DNA of 63,580 bases, filler included, from Thraustochytrium aureum (lineage: Eukaryota): the NCBI GenBank assembly GCA_012862495.1. It is 5 parts of 3 records of this genome, joined end to end, with 100 filler letters (N's around TTAATTAATTAA, not from the genome) between each part and the next. Parts side by side here need not be neighbours in the genome. Positions count along the whole stretch, not along the records: positions 7,200 to 37,946 come from BLSG01000242.1; 4 more parts are not named here. The stretch is one strand, 5' to 3'. The first letter of the stretch is position 1; each line of letters opens with the position of its first letter. The notes beneath the pieces are model-generated. The model ran no database searches. It was given only the letters and a program-made list of their open reading frames with translations, and was not told where the DNA came from. Positions 10,646 to 21,300 of this stretch are shown here, piece after piece. The position numbers were made by a program, and so were the translations under genes.

Positions 10646-11914
10646 CTAGTCGTCAGTGGGCAGGTCTATCTCCAGCTCCGGGCCGAGCGAAAACCCCGCG
10701 GCCATGTGGCGGTCGACCTCGCCGCCGCGGGTAAACCCGCGAGGCCAATACCACGTGGGATCTCGCTGCTTGCTCTCGTCGAGCGCCCTGAGACTGCTGA
10801 GCGCTAGCGCGCACAGCTCGCTGCAAAAGTAGCCCTGCTCGCAAGAGCTGGCCTCGCGCTCTCGCGAGTACTTGAAACCGGGCGCGGAAGGCGCGCCAAA
10901 CATCTTGCGGTAGCTATACGGTTGTCCAACAGAGCAACTCACGAGGTGCTTCAGGTCGTCCTGCGCGGCGCGGGGCCCCACGAGCCGCCGAAGCGTGACC
11001 CGCGCCCCGCTCTCCCTCCGATACTGCTGCAGCCGAGCCGACAGCGGGCAGGTGAAGACTCCCTGCGGCGTGGCCTCTAATATCGCCCACTTCTCGGCAG
11101 CAAACGACCCAAACCAGAACGACACGCCCCAGTTGAGCGGGACGACGATGGCCGTGTGATCGACCTCGGAAGCTGTCAGGACGCGCTGGAGCCCTGCTGC
11201 GACTTGCTTGATTTTGAATAGCAAAACGTCCCCAGTCTGAAACGTGTCATTGTCGATCTCGACGTGCACGTTCGTGTGGGGGTCGGCTCCGGCCTCCCGG
11301 GCGCCAGTCAGTAGAGCCTGCCGCCAGGCCTCTGCGTCACCCACGCGCTTGCAATAGAAGACTAGTTTGGCGCCGGCGCTGTCTACGAGGGCGATCTCGT
11401 TCTCGTATCGTGTGCAGGCGTACAGCTTGTCGAGTCCAAGCGCTGTACCCCAAGGCCACGCGTGCCCTAGCCTTGAGCCCAGCTCTTCAAGGCGCCCGTC
11501 CTGTATCCTAAACTGAACGGCGCGTGCGAACAGAAACAGTTTGCTGCGATACATTTCGCTGCCCTGAAATGTGAAGCAGCGCTGCAGAGCCGTGTTCTCC
11601 AGCTCGTCTTCCACGCTGCTGCTGCTCCTGATAGTCTCGTCATCGCTCGAAATGGACATGCTCCGCACTGTAGCGCACGGGGACCCTGACCCCACCGAAC
11701 TTTTTTTCCTTCTACTGGTGCTGCAGCTGCTGCTTCGCCTCGACCGGCGGCCGTCTTGGTTTTTCTCGTTCAAAGAGTCGCAATACATCTCAAGTGCAGC
11801 TTCAACAACATCCTCAACGCACTGCATCGCCACTCGACGCAGCTCCCGTCCCTCTGCATCGCCGCTCCATGCGCCGTTTCCCCAACCTCCCGTGGCCAGC
11901 GCGGCACCAGCAAC
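10646..11914 (-). CDS. PH-like domain + permuted papain-like NlpC/P60 (YiiX/YebB-type) amidase; 5' end in gap
   Basis: The catalytic His precedes the Cys (permuted order): FQTGDVLLFK, SEVDHTAIVV, ILEATPQGV, VGQPY, YFCSELCA and YWPRGF. Upstream, AKLVFYCKRVGDAEAWRQAL resembles the terminal helix of a PH domain. Confidence 0.8.
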   Translation of the reverse strand, partial: VAGAALATGGWGNGAWSGDAEGRELRRVAMQCVEDVVEAALEMYCDSLNEKNQDGRRSRRSSSCSTSRRKKSSVGSGSPCATVRSMSISSDDETIRSSSSVEDELENTALQRCFTFQGSEMYRSKLFLFARAVQFRIQDGRLEELGSRLGHAWPWGTALGLDKLYACTRYENEIALVDSAGAKLVFYCKRVGDAEAWRQALLTGAREAGADPHTNVHVEIDNDTFQTGDVLLFKIKQVAAGLQRVLTASEVDHTAIVVPLNWGVSFWFGSFAAEKWAILEATPQGVFTCPLSARLQQYRRESGARVTLRRLVGPRAAQDDLKHLVSCSVGQPYSYRKMFGAPSAPGFKYSREREASSCEQGYFCSELCALALSSLRALDESKQRDPTWYWPRGFTRGGEVDRHMAAGFSLGPELEIDLPTDD

Positions 11915-12764
11915 NNNNNNNNNNNNNNNNNNNNNNNNNNNNNNNNNNNNNNNNNNNNNNNNNNNNNNNNNNNNNNNNNNNNNNNNNNNNNNNNNNNNNN
12001 NNNNNNNNNNNNNNNNNNNNNNNNNNNNNNNNNNNNNNNNNNNNNNNNNNNNNNNNNNNNNNNNNNNNNNNNNNNNNNNNNNNNNNNNNNNNNNNNNNNN
12101 NNNNNNNNNNNNNNNNNNNNNNNNNNNNNNNNNNNNNNNNNNNNNNNNNNNNNNNNNNNNNNNNNNNNNNNNNNNNNNNNNNNNNNNNNNNNNNNNNNNN
12201 NNNNNNNNNNNNNNNNNNNNNNNNNNNNNNNNNNNNNNNNNNNNNNNNNNNNNNNNNNNNNNNNNNNNNNNNNNNNNNNNNNNNNNNNNNNNNNNNNNNN
12301 NNNNNNNNNNNNNNNNNNNNNNNNNNNNNNNNNNNNNNNNNNNNNNNNNNNNNNNNNNNNNNNNNNNNNNNNNNNNNNNNNNNNNNNNNNNNNNNNNNNN
12401 NNNNNNNNNNNNNNNNNNNNNNNNNNNNNNNNNNNNNNNNNNNNNNNNNNNNNNNNNNNNNNNNNNNNNNNNNNNNNNNNNNNNNNNNNNNNNNNNNNNN
12501 NNNNNNNNNNNNNNNNNNNNNNNNNNNNNNNNNNNNNNNNNNNNNNNNNNNNNNNNNNNNNNNNNNNNNNNNNNNNNNNNNNNNNNNNNNNNNNNNNNNN
12601 NNNNNNNNNNNNNNNNNNNNNNNNNNNNNNNNNNNNNNNNNNNNNNNNNNNNNNNNNNNNNNNNNNNNNNNNNNNNNNNNNNNNNNNNNNNNNNNNNNNN
12701 NNNNNNNNNNNNNNNNNNNNNNNNNNNNNNNNNNNNNNNNNNNNNNNNNNNNNNNNNNNNNNNT

Positions 12765-14339
12765 GTTGCCGCAGCCGACTTTTTCCGCAAGGTTCGATTT
12801 GCAGAAGAAAAGCAGCGCGCGCAGCGGGCAGCAGAGCGCCAGGCCTTGCAAGCCTCGGGCGGCTGCCTCGTCCTTGCGAACAAGGAGGCGGTCGCGTTGG
12901 CGCCTGCAGCATTTATTGAGCAAGCCGCGCAGCGGCGCCGCAAGTTTCTGGAAAAGCTCGAGCAGGACTTGCAAAAGGCGCACGAGCGCAAGCAGCTCCT
13001 TGACGCGCACCGAGCAGAACACGTTCGCGAATTGGCCTTGATGAGGCAAAGCGTTGCAGAGAAGGCCGCAGCGCGCGCCAACAGGATCGCCAGCGGGCGG
13101 TGCTGGCGAGTCGTCGTCCACCTCGCGGTGCAGTCCCACGTCCTAGATGAGTTTGCCCGCTCCCTGCAGTGGCTCAAGCTACTGCGATTCAAGGCCATCC
13201 TGATCCAGCGCAATGTCCGAGTCTTCCTGGCTGTAAAGTTCGCCAAGCGGCTCCGCGAAGCGCGCCTTTGCATTGTTTCTTTCGCGCGCCAGTTTGTTGT
13301 GGCGCGCAGGCACAGACGCAAGAACGCCGCGAGCAAGCTGCTTGCCACGTTTCTGATGGACAACCGCAAGAACTTTCTGCAGATCATGCTGGACTGGCGC
13401 CGCCGAGTGATTCGCTGCCAGCGCTTCGCGCGTCAATACATTGCGTGCACGAACGCGCGAATCAGCGCGCTCTCGCGCCTCTGGGTGCGCCACGAGCGCC
13501 AGATAGCGCACCAGGCGAGGCTCGCACGCCGAAAGGAGCTGCACGAGCATTCGCGCCAGCTACAGCTCCGCTCGAGCGAGATGCAGTCGAGCCACTTTCA
13601 CCGCCAAATGGCCAAGAACTGGCTCCGAGGTGTCGAGATCCCTGCCGCCCTGGATGTGGAAACGCGGGACGGCAAAGTCTACTTTCCGGTCGGGGTCCAC
13701 TCCAAGCACGACGCAAGGGACACCGCGCGGCACGCGCTGCGCCACGCCGGCAGCCCGCAGCGCGAGGGGGAAAGCGCGCCTCTGGCGCTTGTGGAGGCCA
13801 GCGAAGATGTAGCCGGGGCGTCGCGTCGCCAGCGCCGCGCTGACTTGTCGCGCAACATCGAGTTTGTCATGGACATTTTTTTGAACGATGAGTTCCGGTC
13901 CAAGCTCGACAGGGAGAAAACGGCGCCGCTGGCCTTGGAGCACGTGAGCCGCGCACGTCGGTTTCAGGTCCTGCGCGAGGTCGTGACCAGGGCCAGACAG
14001 CAGCACAAAGTGCGACTTGCCGAGCTGCGGCGTGAGCGTCGGGTGCTCGAGTCGCAAAAGGTCAAAGTTGATCTTTCCGATGCGCACAAACTGCTTAACG
14101 AGACGGCTACCATCGAAAAGGTCACCAAAAACATGTTCATCGAGCTGGGGCGGACACCTGTTGTTCGGCTGTTCAGCTGGATCAAGCCGGCTGACATGTT
14201 TCACCTCGTACAAGACTCACAGGCGACGCTGAGCCGCACCCCTAGCGTGCGACGAATCCTGCTTGGACTCAGCTTTGACGAGCAGGCCTGGAGAGCGGCG
14301 CATCCGCGCGTGCTCGGCAAGGGCCAGCCGCTTGGGTGA
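12765..14339 (+). CDS. Basic coiled-coil protein with IQ-like motifs; 5' end in gap
   Basis: Long open frame. AILIQRNVRVFLA and VIRCQRFARQYIA resemble IQ motifs. Confidence 0.6.
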   Translation, partial: VAAADFFRKVRFAEEKQRAQRAAERQALQASGGCLVLANKEAVALAPAAFIEQAAQRRRKFLEKLEQDLQKAHERKQLLDAHRAEHVRELALMRQSVAEKAAARANRIASGRCWRVVVHLAVQSHVLDEFARSLQWLKLLRFKAILIQRNVRVFLAVKFAKRLREARLCIVSFARQFVVARRHRRKNAASKLLATFLMDNRKNFLQIMLDWRRRVIRCQRFARQYIACTNARISALSRLWVRHERQIAHQARLARRKELHEHSRQLQLRSSEMQSSHFHRQMAKNWLRGVEIPAALDVETRDGKVYFPVGVHSKHDARDTARHALRHAGSPQREGESAPLALVEASEDVAGASRRQRRADLSRNIEFVMDIFLNDEFRSKLDREKTAPLALEHVSRARRFQVLREVVTRARQQHKVRLAELRRERRVLESQKVKVDLSDAHKLLNETATIEKVTKNMFIELGRTPVVRLFSWIKPADMFHLVQDSQATLSRTPSVRRILLGLSFDEQAWRAAHPRVLGKGQPLG

Positions 14340-14522
14340 GAGCTGCTCGGGAGAAGAAAAAGACAACCAAACCATTCACCCGACGAAGCCCTTCAGAGAC
14401 ACTAAGAATCGCAATGCAACACAAGGCGGATTGGCGCAAGCCGAGCGGGCCTGCATCATCCCCTAAATTGCCTTCGGAGCAGCCTCCTAATACGCGCGCA
14501 CGTAACGCTCCAGTCCCAAGGT

Positions 14523-17402
14523 TCACCCGACAAGACCCTTGTACAGGGCCTCTGGCGTGAAAACGGTGGCCTCGGCCGGCTTGAAGGCGATCCACTTGGT
14601 CTGCTCGTTGTAGTCGGAGAACCACATGCTCTCGCATGCCTTGGTCGTGCAGGCCTTTGGCCTGTGCGTGTTGATAAGCATTACCTTTTCGCCCTTGTAC
14701 CGCAACTCGTGCGTGGCGTGGCGAGCACCGCGCCGGACTTGGTGCCATATTCGCAGCTCCTCTGCAAGCTTCTTGAACAGCTTTTCTTGCCGAGGGTGTG
14801 GGTCGTGCTGGTACCAGACGATTCGCGTCACCCCAGACGGCGCACCGCCTTCGCTTTCGGGTCGTATCTGCCGACCGCTCGAGACGTGGAGCCCAGTTCT
14901 GAGCTCGTGCACGACGCGCTTGTCGTACTCTGCCTCCATGGCATGCTTTGCAGTGTCCCCGGGCCACCTGAAATCCGGGTCCCGGTTAAAGTCGATCGCG
15001 TCAAAGTACTTTTTGTGCGTTGCCTCGTCCATGAAGCTCCCCTTCCGACCGGTGTGAAAGTCGCGCGGAACCTCCGGGTACACCACGTCGCGGCCCTTGT
15101 TTGCGCGCTTGCTGCGCATGAACCAGTCCCAGTGCCCTCGCGGCCAGGCCGAGTCCAGCTCGGTCCACACGCTGCGGAGCAGGAGCCAGCCCAACCCGGG
15201 GAAGAAGTCGGTCCTCTGCACCGCTGACTTGTCCGAGACGACCCCTTTGTAGCCGTTGTCGTTCCACGCCGAAGCGACGAAGAGGGTGGGATCGGCCTCC
15301 ACCGCTGGGGCCACGGCCACAAAAAACTCCATAAAGTCTGGGCTAAACTCAAAGTCGTCCTCCACGACGACGACGCCAGGCGCACCAAAGTGCTTGAAGG
15401 CCGCTCTCAATGCGAACCCGTAGTGTTGCGCGATGCGAAAACCGGGGTCTTTGCTCTCCTTTTCCGGGAGAGGGGTGTAAGGTCGTCGGACGTGCTGGAC
15501 CCGCGCGTCTTTAATCACCGCGGTGACCGCTTCAACAGCCCCGTCTTGCACCACGAGGATATTCTCCCTGCTGACGCCGCGGACACGCAGAAGCGAGTCC
15601 AGAGTCGCTGCCAGTTGGGTGTCACGGTTGTAGCAGAGGAGGACGATCGGGAAGAACTTGTTCTGCGCCAAGTAGTTGTCCATGGCCTGCGCTTTAGCGA
15701 TATCTTTGCTGCTCGAGCCTTCTGGCAGGAGAGACTCGGACTTTATCAGCGGACCGACGAGTTGCGCGGAACCGTCTGGCTCTTGCGGCGCCTCGGGCAA
15801 GACCTTCGGAACAAGTTCTCCACTGGCTGGCTCAGAGGCGCCACCTCGCGCAGCCAGACTTTCTTTTTCGGCGTCCGGGGCGGAAGGTGCGGAAGGTGGC
15901 CCCATTGCCGAATTTGGCCCCAGCGGGGGCCCACCCACATCCTTCGTGGCTCGGGCATTTGATGCCATCAGGCCTGGTTCCTGCAGCTGCTCCGCCGCAC
16001 GCTCTGCCTTCGACTCGAGCGTCGACCTTGGTGCAGTGCGCATTTCCTCGAAGAGCTCAGTTGGCTTGAAAATACGAACGCCAGGTGGTGCGAAAGAGGC
16101 CCACTTTGGCTTCGCCAGGTACCCTCGGGACCACGTGCTCTTGCTGTTCTTCTCCTTCGCCTTCGCCGGGTCGAACACATTCACGAGTAAAACTTTCTGG
16201 TGCCCGCCAATATAAATCTCGTGCATGCCGCTTCGCGAGCCGCGCAAGAGCTGGTGCGAGATCTTCAATTCGCGCGCCATGGGGATGACGACTTGGTCGT
16301 TACTTGGGTGTGGGTCCTGCTCATACCAGACGACGCGGGCACGGCCATCACCAACAGGTGGGCTGCCGAGCTCACTCCCGTGCGCGACATGCTTTCCGCG
16401 CTCGAGAAGCGCCGAAACGCGAGATTCGTAAATATCGAACGTGACAGACTCTGCCGCCCCACTTGGCCACCTGAAATCGGCGTCCTGATTGAACACGATG
16501 TCGGCCAAGTCCAGTTCGCTCGTTTTCGCGTCCATGGGCGATCCCGCGGCCCCGGCAGGGAGCGCGCGAGAGACCTCTGGGTACACCGTTTCGCGGCCCA
16601 AGGTAACGGCTGGGTCTCTCATAAACCAGTCCCAGTGCCCGCGCGGCCACTTGGACGCTAACTCGGCCCAAACTGACCGGGTTAGGAGCCATCCGATGCC
16701 CGAGAATGTCTGCGTGCGCAAAACCTGGGCCTTTTCCTTCACAGCTCCACGCTTCCCGTTGTCGTTGAAGCCCGAGGCGGCCCAGAGCGTTGGGTCGACC
16801 TCCACCGCTGGCGCAACAGCCAGCATGTACTCCATGAAGTCGACACTGAGGATCAAATCGTCTTCGATGACGACGACGGCCGGCGCGTTTGGGAAGCGAG
16901 CCATCGCCGTTTCCAGGGCAAACTTGTAGTGCTGCGCTATGCGAAACGCAGGGTCCGCGCGCTCCTCCAAAGAAAGTTCCACTTGCGAGTTTTGAACGAG
17001 CGCGACGCCAGCGGAGTGCGCGGCGGCGGCGGCCGCTGGGTTTGCGCCGTCCTGAACCACGAGAATGTCCTGGGCCGCAACGCCGCGAACGCCGAGGGCA
17101 GACTCAAGTGCGCTCTTGAGCCGGTCAGCGTTGTCGTGGCACACGAGCACAACAGGAAACGACGAATGCGACGCAACAAAGGCATTCATTCGAAGCACCG
17201 CCCCTGGGTCAACCACGGCTGGTAGGCCGATCGCGCCCCCTGAGAATCCAGCGGAGCCCTGCATTTCCCCACGCAGGTTGCCCTGCCTTTCTCCTTCTCC
17301 GCGCAGGTCGTTCGGTATGAAGGGCACATACGGCCCAGTTTGCCTGCTCTCAAACGAGTGCGTCGCATACAGCGACGTCGCCAGCGCCCACAGACATATC
17401 GC
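14523..17402 (-). CDS. Type II membrane GT13 glycosyltransferase (GnT-I/POMGnT1-like) with two tandem catalytic domains; 5' end in gap
   Basis: Two copies each of ILVVQDG, RIAQHY, (I/V)EDD, (F/W)NDNG, RT.(T/F)F.G.GWLL, WP..HWDWFMR and YPEV.R. The frame stays open upstream of 17327 through hydrophobic AICLWALATSLY, the end of a probable TM anchor. Confidence 0.9.
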   Translation of the reverse strand, partial: AICLWALATSLYATHSFESRQTGPYVPFIPNDLRGEGERQGNLRGEMQGSAGFSGGAIGLPAVVDPGAVLRMNAFVASHSSFPVVLVCHDNADRLKSALESALGVRGVAAQDILVVQDGANPAAAAAAHSAGVALVQNSQVELSLEERADPAFRIAQHYKFALETAMARFPNAPAVVVIEDDLILSVDFMEYMLAVAPAVEVDPTLWAASGFNDNGKRGAVKEKAQVLRTQTFSGIGWLLTRSVWAELASKWPRGHWDWFMRDPAVTLGRETVYPEVSRALPAGAAGSPMDAKTSELDLADIVFNQDADFRWPSGAAESVTFDIYESRVSALLERGKHVAHGSELGSPPVGDGRARVVWYEQDPHPSNDQVVIPMARELKISHQLLRGSRSGMHEIYIGGHQKVLLVNVFDPAKAKEKNSKSTWSRGYLAKPKWASFAPPGVRIFKPTELFEEMRTAPRSTLESKAERAAEQLQEPGLMASNARATKDVGGPPLGPNSAMGPPSAPSAPDAEKESLAARGGASEPASGELVPKVLPEAPQEPDGSAQLVGPLIKSESLLPEGSSSKDIAKAQAMDNYLAQNKFFPIVLLCYNRDTQLAATLDSLLRVRGVSRENILVVQDGAVEAVTAVIKDARVQHVRRPYTPLPEKESKDPGFRIAQHYGFALRAAFKHFGAPGVVVVEDDFEFSPDFMEFFVAVAPAVEADPTLFVASAWNDNGYKGVVSDKSAVQRTDFFPGLGWLLLRSVWTELDSAWPRGHWDWFMRSKRANKGRDVVYPEVPRDFHTGRKGSFMDEATHKKYFDAIDFNRDPDFRWPGDTAKHAMEAEYDKRVVHELRTGLHVSSGRQIRPESEGGAPSGVTRIVWYQHDPHPRQEKLFKKLAEELRIWHQVRRGARHATHELRYKGEKVMLINTHRPKACTTKACESMWFSDYNEQTKWIAFKPAEATVFTPEALYKGLVG

Positions 17403-18324
17403 GNNNNNNNNNNNNNNNNNNNNNNNNNNNNNNNNNNNNNNNNNNNNNNNNNNNNNNNNNNNNNNNNNNNNNNNNNNNNNNNNNNNNNNNNNNNNNNNNN
17501 NNNNNNNNNNNNNNNNNNNNNNNNNNNNNNNNNNNNNNNNNNNNNNNNNNNNNNNNNNNNNNNNNNNNNNNNNNNNNNNNNNNNNNNNNNNNNNNNNNNN
17601 NNNNNNNNNNNNNNNNNNNNNNNNNNNNNNNNNNNNNNNNNNNNNNNNNNNNNNNNNNNNNNNNNNNNNNNNNNNNNNNNNNNNNNNNNNNNNNNNNNNN
17701 NNNNNNNNNNNNNNNNNNNNNNNNNNNNNNNNNNNNNNNNNNNNNNNNNNNNNNNNNNNNNNNNNNNNNNNNNNNNNNNNNNNNNNNNNNNNNNNNNNNN
17801 NNNNNNNNNNNNNNNNNNNNNNNNNNNNNNNNNNNNNNNNNNNNNNNNNNNNNNNNNNNNNNNNNNNNNNNNNNNNNNNNNNNNNNNNNNNNNNNNNNNN
17901 NNNNNNNNNNNNNNNNNNNNNNNNNNNNNNNNNNNNNNNNNNNNNNNNNNNNNNNNNNNNNNNNNNNNNNNNNNNNNNNNNNNNNNNNNNNNNNNNNNNN
18001 NNNNNNNNNNNNNNNNNNNNNNNNNNNNNNNNNNNNNNNNNNNNNNNNNNNNNNNNNGAACATGATTAGTTCGCTGGAGGAAAAGCAGAGAACAGGTTTA
18101 GTTCCCTGGTCGTGTTGAGCGAATAAATGCAGCTCTCTGTACAGAACCTTACTTGTTCTTTGTGATAAAGGAACAAGTTCGATTCGCTGGGCTGGCGACG
18201 AGCGCAGAGCGAACAGAGGTGTGGCGTAGCGCAGGGCGCAGCAGACCCCGAACGACGCGCAGCGCGAGAGAGGAAGGGAGGGAGGGGGAGGGGGAGGGAG
18301 AGGGAGAGGGCCTCGCTCGGCTGG

Positions 18325-21300
18325 ATGGGCCTCGCGGACGCGGACGACGATGACCCCGCGGCGGCGCGGGCGCTGGAGCTGACCAGGCTCGGCGCGTGGC
18401 GAACGGCCTTGCGCGAGAAGAACTGTGCGGCGGCCGTGGCTGCCTCCAGGGCGGAGGTTGAGGCAGGGAAGAGCAAGCTCGTCGCTGATGTGAAGAAGAC
18501 AACCGGGTTTGTGAAGAAGGTGAGGACGGTCGCAGAGGAGAACGGGGCCGCGCTGGCCGCGGATATGGCCAAGCTCAACCTCCGGAGGTATGTGAGCGAG
18601 ATCGTAACCGGCGTCATGGAGGCCCCGCTCAAGCCGAAGGACGTGACGGGCGCCATCGAGCTCATCTCGGCCGCCCACCAGCGGTACGACTCGTTCACGG
18701 CCCCCCTTGTGACAGCGATCAACCAATCCTTCACCGCTATCGAGGAATCGCTCGAAAAGAGGGACGTTGTCCGCCGCCGCGTTTTGGTCCGCCTCGCGGT
18801 TGAGATGGTGCTCACAGGAGTCGTTGAGACGCCGGGTTTCGCCATCAAGCTTGTTCGACGTTTGAGCCGTGTACCGGTGGGAACGGAAGGCAACCCCACG
18901 GCAGCGCCCCTGTCAAATTTGGCCTTGTCCAACTTGACAGGCGTGGTCGCGTTGCTCCGAGAAGCTGGATTGGACCTTTGCGGCGTCGTTCCGCGCGCCC
19001 TGGGGCCGCTGCGCGGGCACCTGCTTGCAGAGGCCAGCGACGTCATTCCGCCCGAGACACGTGATCGGGCGGTCTCCATGTTTAACGCCTTCAAAGAGAG
19101 CCTGTTCGAGCGCCTATGCCGCGAGCACGAGACGCTCGCCGCTCGCCGCAAGCGGAATCGTGAGGAGCTCATCCACCGCGGCAACATTAGCGAACGCAGC
19201 GCTGAGCTGTTCCAGGAGCGAGAGGCCCAGTTCCGGCGTATGCTTGAAGGCGCGTCCGCGCTCGCCGACCTTCTGGACAGTGACATGGTTGAACTGCGCG
19301 AGGCCGAGGTCGAGGACGAGCAGCCGGAAAAGACCGGCGGGGTGGCCCTCTGGGACAGTCGCGGCGACCTCGGGCACGAAGATGTTTCGCCCGAGGCCTG
19401 GCCGTTCGGTGACGAGGAATCGCGCATATTCTACCAGAATTTGCCAGACCTCGCTGCGCTCCTGCCGGCTGCGCTGCTCAACCCCAAGGCCGCCGCTGGC
19501 AAGCACGAAGGCCGAGGGCCAACGCCCGCGCGCGATACCGCCGCTAAGGGCGCTGGGCGCGGCGCCAAGAGCGAGCCCGGAAGCGGCAACCCTGGCGCCA
19601 AGGGAACCCTGGACAACGCGCTCGAGCAGTTTGGCAGCCGCGTTCAGCGAACGCAGGCACCGGACAGCGCCGGTGGAGTGGGCGCAGGCGCGGCCGCTCT
19701 CCCCCCTGACGCTGCCGGCGCAGACGACGTCGCGAGCGACGCCTCAGGTGGCGTCGGCGACGTAGACGAGCTGAGCGATGACGAGGAGGACGAAGGCGAT
19801 GCCGGGGCGGTTTCTCGAGAGGGCTCGCTCGAGCTCAACGGCCTGATGGCGAGGCTGCAAAACTGCATGTCGCAGAGCGAGACCGACAAGTTTGTGATCG
19901 AATTTTGCCATGTGAGTAGCAAGCGCGCGACCAAGGTGCTCATCAGGGAGCTGCAGAGGGCCCCCTGGAGCCGCTGCGAGCTGCTTCCCTTCTACGCCCG
20001 TATCGCAGTCACCCTTTCGCAAGTGTTTCCGCAGGTCGGAACTGCTCTTGTCGAGTACTTGGACCAAGAGTTCCGCGGTCTCGCCAAGCGGTCGGACCCG
20101 AAGCGCCTCGAGAGCAGGCTGCGCAACGTTCGCTTTATTGGTGAGCTCATCAAGTTTTCTGGCGCAGACAAAATCGGCGCACCAGTAGAGAAAGCGTTTT
20201 ATGTATGGACCACGCTCTTCAAGGACTTTTCAGGTCACAACATCGACTGCATTTGCGCCCTCTTCGAAACGGCTGGCCGCTTCCTCTACCGCACGAAGAG
20301 TACGCATGCGGAAACAGCGCGGTACCTGAAGATCCTCCTGCGCCATGCCCGAGCGCGCAACCTTTCTGAGTCGCAATCCGCTGTGGTGGAGACCGCCATA
20401 TACCATGTCATCCCCCCAAGGCAAAGTCTCGCAAAGTAAGCCGCCAGCGCTCCCAACAGGAGCTCTTCGTGCGGTACCTCTTCCTTGAGCTGCTCGGCAA
20501 CCCTGAGCGTGACAACGATCACTGGGCCACAAAGCAGCGGCGATCGGCGCGTAGATCAGCCCGGGCGGCCGCAAAGCAGGCCAAGGCTTGCGACAGTGGC
20601 GCAATTCAGTCGGAGAATGACGGCTCTACTCCCGAGCGCGCGAGCGACGCGGTGCCTCAAGTATCCGACGGGTCCGAGTCCGAGTTGAGCGAGGCAGAGC
20701 GAGCCAAGTGCCGTAGGCGTCGCCAGCTTGCGGCGCGCAACGCAGTCGGTGCCGAGCAAGTCAAGTTCGTCGTGCGATCGCTCAAGAAGCTTGACTGGTC
20801 AGAGTCTGGCATTCGAGAAAGTGCTGGCGTCGTCGTTCGGTGCTGCCTTGCAGTCGCGCGCAAACGCCAAACGGTTGTGGCGCAAGTCTGCAACTGCCTA
20901 GCAAACCTCTCTGTGACTTACCCGGTCGTCGGAGTGAGCCTCGCGGACGCGCTTCTTGAGCGCCTGGAAATCGCCCTTGAACGGAACGAGCGCCAGCAGT
21001 ACCAGCGCACGCTCGGGTACGCGAGGATGCTGGCCGAGCTTTTCAACCACCGAATGCTCGACACCAACACGTTCTTCGACACGCTGTTCATGGTGTTGCA
21101 CATCGGGCACGCCAAGTCTTGGCCGACGCACGACGAGGGCGATGCTGCCCAAACCAATCATGTGAGCGTGTGGAGGGAGGAGCGCACTCGGCGGATGCGT
21201 GGCCCGGTTTTGACCGACTGCGGCGAAGCTGGCACCGCGCTGTACCATCCTCATATTCTTTTCGAAGGGGATCCGCCCCACGAAAGTTTTCGTCTCCGAG

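Noticed and set aside
8198..13387. Very long ORFs spanning N gaps (8198-10402, 10646-13387, 11571-14339 and similar elsewhere)
   Set aside because: N runs hide stops and frame changes. The two sides of a gap often belong to different genes on opposite strands.
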